Positions 41,526 through 52,413 are shown, counted from the first letter of the stretch. The stretch is 64,000 bases of DNA from an uncultured virus (IMG/VR IMGVR_UViG_2799112477_000001) (IMGVR_UViG_2799112477_000001), one strand, 5' to 3'. Notes: generated from the letters alone by a model not told the origin. Numbers and translations are program-made.

Positions 41526-42098
41526 TTATAGCAATTTTAGCATTTGAACATATATCGCTTCCGCAGAATCTCGCTTTGAATACCGGAAGAACTTTGCCGG
41601 CTCTTTGTTATAGAAACGCAACGCCTTTATATTGTCTTCCTCGCACTCGAGCCACAGTATTCTGCCACCTATTCGCTTCTGTATGTCTGAGACTGTATCA
41701 ATGACAATTGTCATCAGCTCAGTTCCTGTAATGGGGCAGTCCTCAGACTCATCCTTGTTTTTGCCGAACTGAGCCAGAAGGTAGGCGGAGGCTACATATG
41801 CAGATTCTCCTTCGTCGTAAACCGCAAACGGCCTTATTTTACTTTTCTGGCTGTTTGATAAAGTTTCGGCCGGTATCGCTGCATACTTGTTCGCAAGTGT
41901 AAAAGCTCCTGCTAACTGAATTTCTTCAGCGTATACGAGATATGTAACCGCCAGCTTTCTTTTTGCAAATTCAACGGATTTAAATCTAATAAAGGTTTCA
42001 ACTTCTTTATTAGAGCAAGAAAAAGTGGAGATTAAGCTTTGTGCCGCTTCCTCTCCACGTAAGTTGATGACGTCATTGATATTAATAACACTATACAT
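41526..42098 (-). CDS. GNAT acetyltransferase, putative type II toxin
   Basis: FSCSN..VE.F, TYLV, LLAQFGKN, G.ELM, GGRILWLEC and L.FY. Confidence 0.8.
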   Translation of the reverse strand: MYSVININDVINLRGEEAAQSLISTFSCSNKEVETFIRFKSVEFAKRKLAVTYLVYAEEIQLAGAFTLANKYAAIPAETLSNSQKSKIRPFAVYDEGESAYVASAYLLAQFGKNKDESEDCPITGTELMTIVIDTVSDIQKRIGGRILWLECEEDNIKALRFYNKEPAKFFRYSKRDSAEAIYVQMLKLL

Positions 42099-42276
42099 TC
42101 GCCTTCACCATCCTATCCAGGAAGGCATTGAGCGTGTCTTCGTGTTCAATATAACGCACGTCAACTTTTTCCGGCGTTGACTTGTCGAGCTGAGATCGCT
42201 CTAGAGCTTCCAGAAAGCTGGTTGCATCTTCACTGGATTTCAGGATAACGTTCCTGAATATGCTTGAAGTTGCCAT
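42091..42276 (-). CDS. Putative antitoxin of the GNAT toxin
   Basis: 61-aa gene overlapping the GNAT start (MATSSIFRNV.......F..ALE), with its own promoter TTGACA..TATAAT at 42334-42363. Confidence 0.65.
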   Translation of the reverse strand: MATSSIFRNVILKSSEDATSFLEALERSQLDKSTPEKVDVRYIEHEDTLNAFLDRMVKANV

Positions 42277-45268
42277 TGCTCATCCTCCTTTCTTGGTGGT
42301 TTTACTCTGCAGTTCCCTTTATCTGTCATTGATATTATATATATCGTATGGCAGCGATGTCAATTGCGCTCATAAAACCACCGTTAATCGTTGTTTCCTT
42401 CTTCTATTAATGCTACGCGTTTATGACCGTATACGCTGCATCAGGGCTGAGTCCGGCTTCCTGCTTCAATGCGCTGATAAGGGTTTCATCTGTGAGGTCT
42501 GAGATGTATTTTTTAAACATCGCCATACCTCCGTCGACTTCTTCAAGCTCGATGTCAAAGACAATCGTTGGCCTGTAACTTGTCCAGTCAATGTAGTCGA
42601 CATACCCTGCTTTCAGGTCTTCTCTGAGCAAATTGTCGCCGGTGCCGCTTTGTGCGTGAACGATGAGCCCCTTTTCCGAGAACACGAGCAATGCTTCGCC
42701 TTTGTCGAAGATGTTAGCCATATATCTACACCTCCTTTTCTACAACGCCCCAGTTAAGCATAAGCTCTTCCAGAGCTGACTGGAGATTGCCGTAGTCGGT
42801 TCCATAGATTATGGCGGCAGAATCAGGATCGTCGCGGTCATCCTTCTCATCGTTAGGGATATCTATACCCTTCTCTTCGAGGAAATCCTCGAAGGTATCG
42901 ATGATCTGACCTATAAACTCCGGAACAGCTGCACTCTTAACGGGTGAATCTGCTACTTCTGCCCATTTAGCAAGCTCATCGTTGGTCAGAGCTGCTGCTT
43001 TTGGCCATTCTGCCCACAGAGTAGCGAAATCTCCGGATGCATCGTTATAGCAGGCGAAGTTTTCCGCTTTAGCTGCCAGGATCTCTCCGAAGAGCTCCTG
43101 ATGCATCGGATCCGCTGTATGAGCCTTATGGATAAGCTCCTTTGTGAGATACTCTGCGATGAATTCATCGGGGTCGTTCTCCCCGACAGCATCGTTCAGA
43201 TACACCCGGATGATGGTATCCTCGTCACCGTGAATGATACCCGGCTTAAAGTATCTGTCCTCATACATCTCATGCTTGATTTCATTATCCGGAATGACCA
43301 CATTCGGTCCTCCAAGCCAGAAAATGCTCATGCTGCACCTCCTTCCACCTCAGGCGTTTCTGCCATCTTAAGAAGGGTCGGGAGCGTCCAGCCGCAGACT
43401 CTGAGAAGAACAGAGTCTATTACAGCCTTGCCTTTTGCGTCCTGAGCTCTGTAATCCGAAATCAGTTCGGCGAACTCGTCATCGGTGTCGCTCAGAACTT
43501 CGTTGAAAAACACCGATCTTGTTGAGATCGAGCCTTCCCTTTCTAGCTCAAGATAGCGCTGAAGCTCGCTGTCAGATATGGACGCCAGCTGAGCGATCGG
43601 TTTATCATCTGCGTGCATCTGATGCTCAAGAGAATCCTCCTCATCCCAGATGAAAATCTCGGATGAAATGCTGAGAAGTTCGCAGAATTCCTCGTCTGTA
43701 CCCCACTCGTCGGAGATCTCGTACGTACTGTAGATATCTCCGTCTTCAGAGATCTTGCAGAATGAATGACGGATGCCTTCCAGAATATGCATAAGCTTAT
43801 CCACGGTGTAGCCCTGCCACTCTACAAAATCCCAGTAAAAAATGATGTACAGGTTATCAGGAGTCTTTCTGACGAATTCCCTAGGCTTTCCCGGATGCTC
43901 AAAGATCCCGCTTTCGCGGATCACATCATAGTCTCTGACGTCTATCGCCAGTGCGACTTCGCAGAACGGAGTGGCAAAATATTCGGCCTCTGGTACTGCG
44001 TTTTCAGGTTTGATTTTCTCGTTCATTGTGTTGTTTCCTTTCTTGTAAATCAAAATGGTGTTGTAAAGGGGAGGCTTTGCGGCCTCCCCTTTGATGAGTC
44101 GTTATCTTCTATTTCTTCTCCTTCTTCAGTTTTCTAGCTTTTCTTCTGGCCTTGACTGCCTCAATCGTGCTTGGCATCTCTCTTATAATCCACAATATCT
44201 GAGTGACAATCGTGTACGCAAAGAAAGAGATGGCTGCAAGAATAAGGGCTGTTAAAAGGAGCCAGTAAAGTGCTTTTCCCGGGTGCAAAAGAGCAGTAAT
44301 TATGTTCAAAGTGTTCATGATGCTGTCGTCTGCTATGGAAACAAGCAATGAGCAGCCTAAGGTAATGAACATGAGGCACAAAATTAGGCCTAACAAGGCA
44401 ATAATTACATTCTCTACAGTCCTGCTCGCGTCATAATCCTCTTCGTCTGAGCTGAAATGGTTCTGAACTTCAAGCGCTGAATAGAATACGAGCGCTGCTA
44501 CAAGGATTACGAAGGTCACAATGACAACTCTCGGAAGAAAATCAGCCCATGCGGCTGCATGCGGTCTTATCTTCTGGAAAAGTGAGCCGTAGCACTCTCT
44601 CATAGGTGCAATAAGACATCGCCCAGAGAGCGATAAGCTCCGCGAAATAGAAAATTCCCGTGAGTGAAAGAAGCTTCTTGCCTGCATTTGCTTTGGACAA
44701 TTTTTCCTGCCTCTTTGCGCGTCTTTCAACACTTTCCTCAGGAGTCTCCTGAAGCCAGGCTGAAATAGCCTCAATAACGTAATTAATAATTTTTTTAACC
44801 ATAAGCGTTTTATCCTTTCTTTAATAATTGATATTGATGATTTTCTGGATAAGGTCCGTTGCAACGCCACCGAGCATGCCCATAGCGGCGTATGCTACTG
44901 GTCCTTCCTCCAAAGTTTTGGCAGTTATGATTGGCCACCTCTGTGGTGCGCCCGCTCCCTGTGTTACAAGATTTATGTCCAGATACACTCCTTCGCTTCC
45001 TCCTGTTGACGGAGTCGCTTCTACCCAGTAGTAGTCGCTTCCGTCAAGAAATTCTGCGATAGGACGTTTTCTGTACGTATAACCTGTAAGCATGTAGTCG
45101 AGTATATGCAGCACATCGATAGGCGTTTCGCCAGGATATGCAATATGCGGCATGCTCTCGGGCAGACTCTTTTCTAGGAGTCTGCAGAGATCTTCCGCAG
45201 TAAAGCAGTCCGGCTTTTCAATTATGAGCCGTTCATCTTTCATGGTGTTTTATCCTTTCTCTTAAAAT

Positions 45269-45496
45269 TTACTTTCTGCCTTCTGAAGCGAGGCGGAACT
45301 TATCAACTCCCGGGATAACGGCAAGCGTTCTGCCGCTGTCCCAGCTGATGTGGATCTGCCCTGCATCGTCTACGTGGTTTACAGTGCCGACAGAGCCGGG
45401 TGCTATGGGCCTCGGATCGTCCTCCATGAGGATCATCACGATCCTGGTGCCTTCCGGGTACTCCTGTCTGAGTCTTTCCAGATCTTCGCGCTTCAT
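45269..45496 (-). CDS. DUF4314-family protein
   Basis: LR..YP.GTRI....M.DD......G..GTV..VDD.GQIH..WD.G..L. Confidence 0.85.
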   Translation of the reverse strand: MKREDLERLRQEYPEGTRIVMILMEDDPRPIAPGSVGTVNHVDDAGQIHISWDSGRTLAVIPGVDKFRLASEGRK

Positions 45497-46035
45497 GCTT
45501 CCACCTCCTCATCGTTGAAAATGTACATCGGGTCATAGACGACCTTTGACGCCGTCATAACTCCGTGATCATATTTGCGCCAGATAAGTGTGGCTTCGTA
45601 ATCAGCAGCGTATCCTATCGCTTCCTGTTCGCTGTCGAATGAGGATGCGAGGAACGGTCTGTCGCTTACAAAAGCATTCATGCAATCGAAGAAATAGTAT
45701 TCACCATGCAGGACAGTGCCTGCTGTACTGAGACCGAGATAGAAGAACTTCTTGCCCTTGCCGTAGTCGTTCATTCCGAACGCCATGTAGCGCGGCTTCT
45801 TCTTCCTGGTATCATATGGCTCTCCCATCAGAAAGCCTGCATGAACAGGGATATTGAAGTCGCTCAGAACTTCCCTTGCCTTTCCGGCAGGAAGATCTTT
45901 CGGCGGCATGCAGTTCAGCATCTTTTCATAGATGGCCTCGTCTATCTGCTGGCCGGGAACCGCTTTAAATGTCCCGTCTTTTGCCCACTGAGCATAGGTG
46001 TACATAGTGTTGTCTCCTTTCTTAATTAAATATGA

Positions 46036-46245
46036 TCAGGCGAGCTTGAATACATCCACTTCCGGATACAGCAGATTCAGACTGCCGTCACTCCAGTCAA
46101 CGTGGATACGCCCATATTCGTCAACACACTGAACGATCCCTGTTGTACCCGGTTTTACCGGATAGGGACCTGTTGTGTGAAATGCCCTTATTTTTGTGCC
46201 GGGCGAATAGACGCGTCTGAGCCGTTCAATGTCTACGTCTCTCAT
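46036..46245 (-). CDS. DUF4314-family protein (paralog)
   Basis: LRR.Y.PGT.I...PGTTG.V..VDE.G.IHV.W.DGS. Confidence 0.75.
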   Translation of the reverse strand: MRDVDIERLRRVYSPGTKIRAFHTTGPYPVKPGTTGIVQCVDEYGRIHVDWSDGSLNLLYPEVDVFKLA

Positions 46246-47326
46246 TGTTGTTTCCTCCGTCTAAACATCAGAAAAGGGAGACTGTGTTGTCTCCCCTTTC
46301 CCGTTACAAATAGATGCCCTTATATTGCTGCGATCTCCTCGAGAAGAATAACCTTCTCATAGAGATCAGTCGCTTTTTTAAGCCTGTTTTTCGTCTCTTT
46401 CGGGAGACTGAGCAGGGCTGGAGAGCCTATGCTGTCCAATGCCTTCTGGTATCTCCTAAGAAGTTCCGGATCATGCTCTGGTGGCTGCATGCTACAGCAG
46501 TCCATATGAGCAATTCCCTTTTCAACGAGCTGACAAGTACTTCTGCGGATCTCAGTGATCGCACAGCCAGCACAGTGCGCTCTGTCTTTGCAGAGCGAGC
46601 AGAGTGTGTCGGATGCAAGATTGAACCGATAGCGTTCTTTCTCGTTTTGGAGCTTGATCATTGGTATCATCTGACCACCCCCTTCACGATTATATCCGAC
46701 GAGGAACAATGATTCTCGAAGGCGAGAAGCCCTTTCGTTGCTTCAAGCTCTCCATTGGATGTGCCGCGAACGGTATATGAGGCGATTTCTTTGCCGTTGA
46801 GGGTGAATACGAGCCAGAGCTCGCGCTTTTTTTCACGCTGCATCATGACTTTTCGCCTCCTTTCTCTTTTCGAGCTTAGGTGCGCGATATTCCTCCCACT
46901 GCAGGGAACCATCTTCATCCATCCAGAATCTGAGGCCGCGCCCTTCGAATGTCACTTCGACGGAGCCGTCTACTGCTTCCTCTATATCGAGGTTGTCAAT
47001 GAGTGCAAAATCATTGCTGCTGCCGATACTTTCTCCGCAATGCGGGCAGTAAGCATACGAATATGCTCCTGCCGGAAGAGAGATCCCACTTGGCGATGGA
47101 TCGTCCTGTACTATAATCAGGTCATCCTCGCTGAAGATTCTCTTGCAATTGTCGCATCTAATCATGGTGTGTTGTCTCCTTTCTTCGCAAACAAAAAAGA
47201 CACTCAATGTGCCTTTTTCCGTTAAGATAAGTTGTTGTTTCTTTAGCTTTTGCGCTTAAAATAAAGTACCAAATTCCTCATTTTTCCCAAAAAATTTTTT
47301 TGGGTTACATCCTTTTTTTTGGGGAG

Positions 47327-47497
47327 TTAGAGATTTCTAACTAAGCCGTTTTTTGTGCGGTCCCTGACTTCCTGCGCTTTGGCATCGTTGAATCTGTCGA
47401 TCGTTCCGACAAGATATCCCGTGATTCTTCTGATTCTCTCGAAGCCGACGCCCTCGCCGACCAATCCGTTTACGTTTCTGACTTTTGTATTATTCAT
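47327..47497 (-). CDS. 56-aa stand-alone NrdD-type glycyl-radical domain (not in ORF track)
   Basis: MNNTKVRNVNGLVGEGVGFERIRRITGYLVGTIDRFNDAKAQEVRDRTKNGLVRNL; RBS AGGAGG. Confidence 0.85.
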   Translation of the reverse strand: MNNTKVRNVNGLVGEGVGFERIRRITGYLVGTIDRFNDAKAQEVRDRTKNGLVRNL

Positions 47498-48239
47498 AGT
47501 CTTACCTCCTATCTACATCTCTTTTCCGTAAAGATAGTAATTACCTTTATCGGCCAATTCACACTGGCAGTCAAAGCGATCTGCCAAAGCCTTTTCCCAG
47601 GCCTTCTTCCATTTCTTGCTCCCGTACTGCTCCTTGTATTCAGGATATGTGCAGTGCAGAGCTTCCGGAGCTGAAAACAGCGCCTCCCCGGTGTTGTACA
47701 GCGCATCATAGGCACTGTCCAGAACAAGAAGGGAATCGTCGAGGATAGCCTTTACGATATCGTAGCGCTGGCTATCCGACAGATCCACTTTCTTCTCTTT
47801 TACGACGCTGCTTTGTGGCTTATCAGACGGACTTGTGTCTGAAGAAGAGCTCAGTGCCCTTATAAGCAGTTTGAACAGCAGGATGATCGAGACTACGATG
47901 AACTCGATGATCGAGTAAATGAGGGTCAGCATTACGAATCCCTCCTTCCGATATCTTCTCTGTAGATCTCATACCTGAGCATGAAATTGTCCGCCTCGAT
48001 TCTGGCAAACTTTTCATTTCTGCGTCCTTCATAGCGAGCCATTCTGATCGCCGCTTTCTCACTAGGTCTGATGACCGCAAGCCTGTATGCCGCAGTGATC
48101 GCAAAGGCAATCAGCATTGCGCAGGCTGTTGTGATTTCGTCCGGGCCTGTGATATGGAACAGCACTCTGGCCATCCATTCACCGCCTGTGATTGATGCGA
48201 TAGCGGCTACAACGTAAAACAACTTTTTCATGGTGTTAC

Positions 48240-48400
48240 CTCCTTCGTAAAATAAAAATGGCTTCGCGTCACCGCTGCGAAGTCATCGTTTGCTTAAATA
48301 AAAAAGCACCTGCGATGTCTTGGGACATACAGGTGCTCAATCTTAAGCTGGGAATACGTTAATATGACTATATTATATATGCAAATGCAAGTAATAACAA
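48240..48400 (-). promoter_or_regulatory. Repeated promoter-leader-terminator element, copy 3
   Basis: Near-identical to 39277-39436. Confidence 0.8.
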
Positions 48401-48561
48401 TAAGGAATTTGTGAGCGCTGCATCACTTGGATGAGTGCCTTTTCAATGGCATTTAGCACTCCGGCTTACTTTTTACAGCTCCTTTTTTCTGATCTGAAAG
48501 AAGTTTCTGCATTACCTCCTCAAACTTATGAGGCTGCTCCTGTGTTATCCAGCGACAAGCA

Positions 48562-48894
48562 TTACGCGCCACCTTCTTCTACAGTTATGTTCCCATCTTC
48601 TTTCTCTATAACATGGACGATTTTATCGCCTTTGATAAGCCTTGCTTTTCTGAGCCCGTTCTCCCTGAAGACATCCATAAGTTCATATCCCTCAGCATCC
48701 TTGAGAACGAGCATCCGTAGGTAGGGGCTGAGGGTCATGTCCTGCCGTATGAGCTGCTTAATGTAGCCTTGCATGCTGCCAACAGCATCCAGCTTGTCTA
48801 TTATTTCTTTGTCGGTCTTAAGATTTAATTTTAACCCGTAACGCCTGGTGCTTTTGGCATCGTAACGGGCCGTTCTTTCAGAGGCTTTGTTCAT
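48562..48894 (-). CDS. RHH-like small DNA-binding protein
   Basis: RYDAK.TRRYGLKLN..TDKEII.KL......GYIK.LIR; similar to 58897-59109. Confidence 0.55.
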   Translation of the reverse strand: MNKASERTARYDAKSTRRYGLKLNLKTDKEIIDKLDAVGSMQGYIKQLIRQDMTLSPYLRMLVLKDAEGYELMDVFRENGLRKARLIKGDKIVHVIEKEDGNITVEEGGA

Positions 48895-49787
48895 TAGTAC
48901 ATACCGTCAAAACACTGAGTCCTACGCCGATCATTCCTGCGAGCCTGCTTTTCTCTTCATCGGAGCCTCCCCAGATAGAAGTTATAGGAAATATAATAAG
49001 AAACATTGTCAAGCATATGCCCTCGATAAGTTTGGCAAGCCCAAATGCAAACTCAATCATTTATTTCCATCCTGCTGCGTTCTGAAACTATCGATCATAT
49101 TCCATATTACAAGGTAGAGAACCCATGCTACTGCCATTCCGAACCACAGCCATATAGCTTATAGTCTCAAATACGCCTGTAGACCAGTCAATGGGCCAGA
49201 ACTGCATGTTAGTGACTTATAAATATTTGAGACAGTACACAAAAGTCCATAATGTTGATGGAACTGCTATTATTAACATCACCATCATTTTCTTCGCTTC
49301 TTTCTCCGTTGATTTTACCCCTTTTTATCTTCTAATGCTATTCTCGATTCATATGCTCTCATTTCTCCGACTCTATAACGGTCGGAGCGTTTCGTACATA
49401 TACATCATAGTAGTCCACGTAATAGTCCTCCATCCTTTTTATTATCTGGGATGCATCTTTCAGTGGCCCATGCGGTGTTTTGACTTCGATCAACGGGCAT
49501 TCATCTGGTGGAACGCAATGACTTTCTTTCCATAACGTGCAGTTGATCATATCGCCAATCTGGCATTCGCCGCAGTCAGTCGGTTTTTGTAAATTCGGTA
49601 CATATACTCCCATGCTATCCCTCCTCCTCTGTTTGTTTTGTTCATAACTGGCACCGTCTGCCGCCCACATTCAGGGCCGTTTGTGCCGAAGTTCAACGGG
49701 GAGTTGAGGTTTCTCCCCGTTAGTTGAATTTTGCGACCGCTCCCACCTGCAACTGTATAGGGATTACGCATTATCAAAGCCCTGAGC

Positions 49788-49890
49788 TGTAGAGATAAAG
49801 GAATCGAACCCTTGCACGCCGTCCTTCGTGCCGAAGGGAGTCGAACCCTTCTTCGGCGCAATCCTAAGGAACCATCCTATCCTCTATACA
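49788..49890 (-). ncRNA. tRNA-like element with two T-arms
   Basis: AAGGG-TTCGACT-CCCTT is nested inside a GCGCCG/CGGCGT stem, followed by AAGGG-TTCGATT-CCTTT. Confidence 0.45.
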
Positions 49891-50187
49891 TAGTCGCTGT
49901 GGCTGTTCCCTTTGCTTCAGAAAGTTTCGCCGATTAATGGTCGGTTACTTCCGCCGTAGTGCCGTTGCATCATCCCTATCTAGCATCGGGATCGCTCTTC
50001 GAACACTCCGCACAGCGGGCAAGCCTCAAATAAGCGCTAACTTATTCTGCTTCACTCTTTCGTTCACATGTTCGGCTCTCGTCAGAGTTAATGCCTACTG
50101 ATAAGGATCATTCAGTACCAAAGACCGAAGTCCGCACAATATCGCAAACCTACGCCACACCCAACACATCGTCTGTGCCTCGATTGG
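49891..50187 (-). ncRNA. Candidate structured ncRNA, copy 2
   Basis: Homologous to 18942-19196 and embedded in the tRNA-like cluster. Confidence 0.6.
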
Positions 50188-50313
50188 CATCGGATGATGG
50201 AATTTCTGTGTTATATGAGCCGTCACCTACAGGAGTCGAACCTGATTGGTCGCAGTGTCGATCTGCTGTTCACACAGAATTATCACCGTAATATTGGGAT
50301 CCCATCATCCAAC

Positions 50314-50389
50314 TGGAGCTTCGGGCAGGATTCGAACCTGCGCTACCTTCACCTACGGATGGTAGACTTGCCTATTATCTTACCGAAGC
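50314..50389 (-). tRNA. Atypical tRNA (76 nt; loop CGTAGGT would give TAG, but U33 is missing)
   Basis: Acceptor GCTTCGG/CCGAAGC-T-CCA, T arm GCAGG-TTCGAAT-CCTGC, and a mismatched anticodon stem. Confidence 0.6.
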
Positions 50390-50588
50390 ACAATGTTGCA
50401 GCCATCATACAGACTACCATGTCATCTCAAATGTCTAGGATTCGAACCTGACTGTATGTGCGAAGGAATGCGCGCGTTTCGCGACTGCAACTTGTCGTCT
50501 TACCATTTTGGCTTCACTCAACATTGGTAACGCAGGGCCAGACGTACACCGCTGCGACTTAATCCCCCGTTGGCCTTCCGGGTTGAGT

Positions 50589-50667
50589 TGGAGCTTCGGG
50601 TAGGAGTCGAACCTACATACAACTGCGTTTGCATACAGTTTGCTCTGGCCAATTGCGCTACCGAAGC
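50589..50667 (-). tRNA. Atypical tRNA with an expanded (8-10 nt) anticodon loop
   Basis: Acceptor GCTTCGG/CCGAAGC-T-CCA, D arm with TGG, AACTG-TATGCAAACG-CAGTT, and T arm GTAGG-TTCGACT-CCTAC. Confidence 0.65.
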
Positions 50668-50671
50668 ATAT

Positions 50672-50765
50672 TGGTGGAGATGCCCCGATTCGAACGGGGT
50701 GCGGGCTGTCATTAGTCGATTACCGTGAGCCCAGAGCCCGTGCATTGCCATTCTGTCACATCCCC
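50672..50765 (-). tRNA. tRNA-like RNA with alanine identity elements and an aberrant anticodon arm
   Basis: Acceptor GGGGATG/CATCTCC (G3-U70), A73, CCA; T arm CCCCG-TTCGAAT-CGGGG; stem CGGGCT/AGCCCG closes 27 nt. Confidence 0.6.
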
Positions 50766-52115
50766 ATATTGCGACTGCTCCCGCCTTGCAAGTCGCTGTA
50801 CACGCTCTCACCGTTAACGTCTGCTCCTTTCAGTGGTTCGAACAAGTCCGCTTTTGGAAATCCTAAAAATATAGCTGACGCTTCTTTATTGTCGTCTTGT
50901 GTATGCACACCATATGCATACAAGCAAGGCAATCTAAATTAATTTTTCCTTTTGGAGCTTTTTTCTTACACTCATAACAATAACTATTCATCGTCTGCTC
51001 CTTTCATCCATGAGAGACTTGAAAAATTCTTCTACTCTTTTGGACACATCTTTGTCCGTAGTCTCAAAGGTGAGCACATCCATTTTTATCGTTGTACCGT
51101 CTTTTCGTTCAACAGCCTTAACGACCTTGTACCAACTACTCACCGCCTGCTCCTTTCCGCTCAAGGCTCGTCCTTTTCTCCGTCCGAACAGTAATACATA
51201 TCAAGGTTATCATCAACGAATTGTGAAATGTCGTGGTAAATCACGCAGTTTACGCCGAAGAGATTGACCATTGAGGCAACGCTTATTAACAGCACCTTGT
51301 TCTCATCGGTCTGAAAGACTTCTTTTGGAAAAGAGCTATCCTTTTTAATGGCGTCTGTGAGAGCTGCTACGCAGCTCACAACCTTTTCGGTAGGACCATT
51401 CTCGTCTTCCTCATAATTGACGGATGATAGTGTGCTTATGTTCGACACGAGCGAGTTCCAAGCGTCTGCATAAGTTTCATCAGAGGCGGTGCTTAAAAAT
51501 TCACGCATTTCTCGTTCTGTCGCGTCCCTGAAGATAGTTTTAACAGACGAATGTGCCTTCAGAGAGGATTCCAACTCTCTTAATGCTGTGATTAAATCCA
51601 AGTTGTTGCTACCGCAATTAGAACAATAATGCTTGCCGTGAAGTTCAGGCGGCTGCATTCCTTCTATCGCTATCCACTCCATTTGCGGCCTATCAGCAGC
51701 AGGGGCATTCTTGACCACTCCGTATGCTTCCTTTATGCCGCACCATTTCGGATCGTGCAGACCGTTTTCGTCTACTTCGGAGTATTCGTCAAGCAGATCC
51801 GAAAGCTCGAGGAGTATATAGTTCTTACTGGTCAGATCACCGGCTGAGAAATCAAACAGAGCGTTCTGCAGCCGGTCAATGCACTGTTTGTATCCGAGAT
51901 TCTCTTCGCAATACAGGCAGCCGGTTTCGTTGCTTCCAAGCCTACATTCGCCGCATCTACTCATATTTTGTCCTTTCTGCACTTTGTTTTTTCCTTAATT
52001 GGCATGAGCTGAGAGAACTGACGACCGCCACCCAAGTTTTATCGTCGATGGGTTTCTGTGTCATCATATCCTTTCTCCTTGTAGACATATAGCGGCTAAA
52101 CCACTCTCAGCTCAC

Positions 52116-52223
52116 TGGAGGGGACGGACAGCCTCGAACTGTCATCAACCGCCGAGTATGCCTCTCGGCTGTTTATCGGGGAGCATACCTCCTAAAGCAT
52201 TCCGCCAATTATGCTACCGAAGC
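52116..52223 (-). ncRNA. Chimeric tRNA-like element with two hairpins in place of the anticodon arm
   Basis: 5' GCTTCGGTAGCATAATTGGCGGAATGC D arm, T arm GACAG-TTCGAGG-CTGTC and 3' CCA; the acceptor halves do not pair. Confidence 0.45.
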
Positions 52224-52330
52224 GCAATTCAGTTTCACCTGTTTTGACACGTCGTTAACCGAAAAAGGAAGCGCAACCAAGTTTCTCTCTTAATGCTGCA
52301 ACTATGTGCTTGGAAATGATTGCAGCCTGA

Positions 52331-52405
52331 GGCAGGGAGTAGAGGAGTCAAACCTCTGTCTGCGGCCATGGTTCTCGCCGCTCTTCACCGCTAAGCTAAC
52401 TCCCT
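52331..52405 (-). tRNA. Atypical or pseudo tRNA
   Basis: Acceptor AGGGAGT/ACTCCCT, T arm AGAGG-TTTGACT-CCTCT, and an irregular anticodon loop GAGAACCATG. Confidence 0.5.
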
Positions 52406-52413
52406 ATACGTAA

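Larger units (their letters stand above)
32101..48231 (-). other. Dense run of small, co-oriented, often acidic accessory genes, mostly hypothetical
   Basis: Tightly packed - strand ORFs (for example 32101-32685, 33998-34594, 34617-35024, 36291-37190, 38467-39264, 40446-41147, 42726-43331, 45493-46005), many with a shared RBS-ACAACAC-ATG start. Confidence 0.75.

Noticed and set aside
50672..50765. Complete tmRNA gene (ssrA)
   Set aside because: It is only 94 nt, with no tag reading frame or pseudoknot region.
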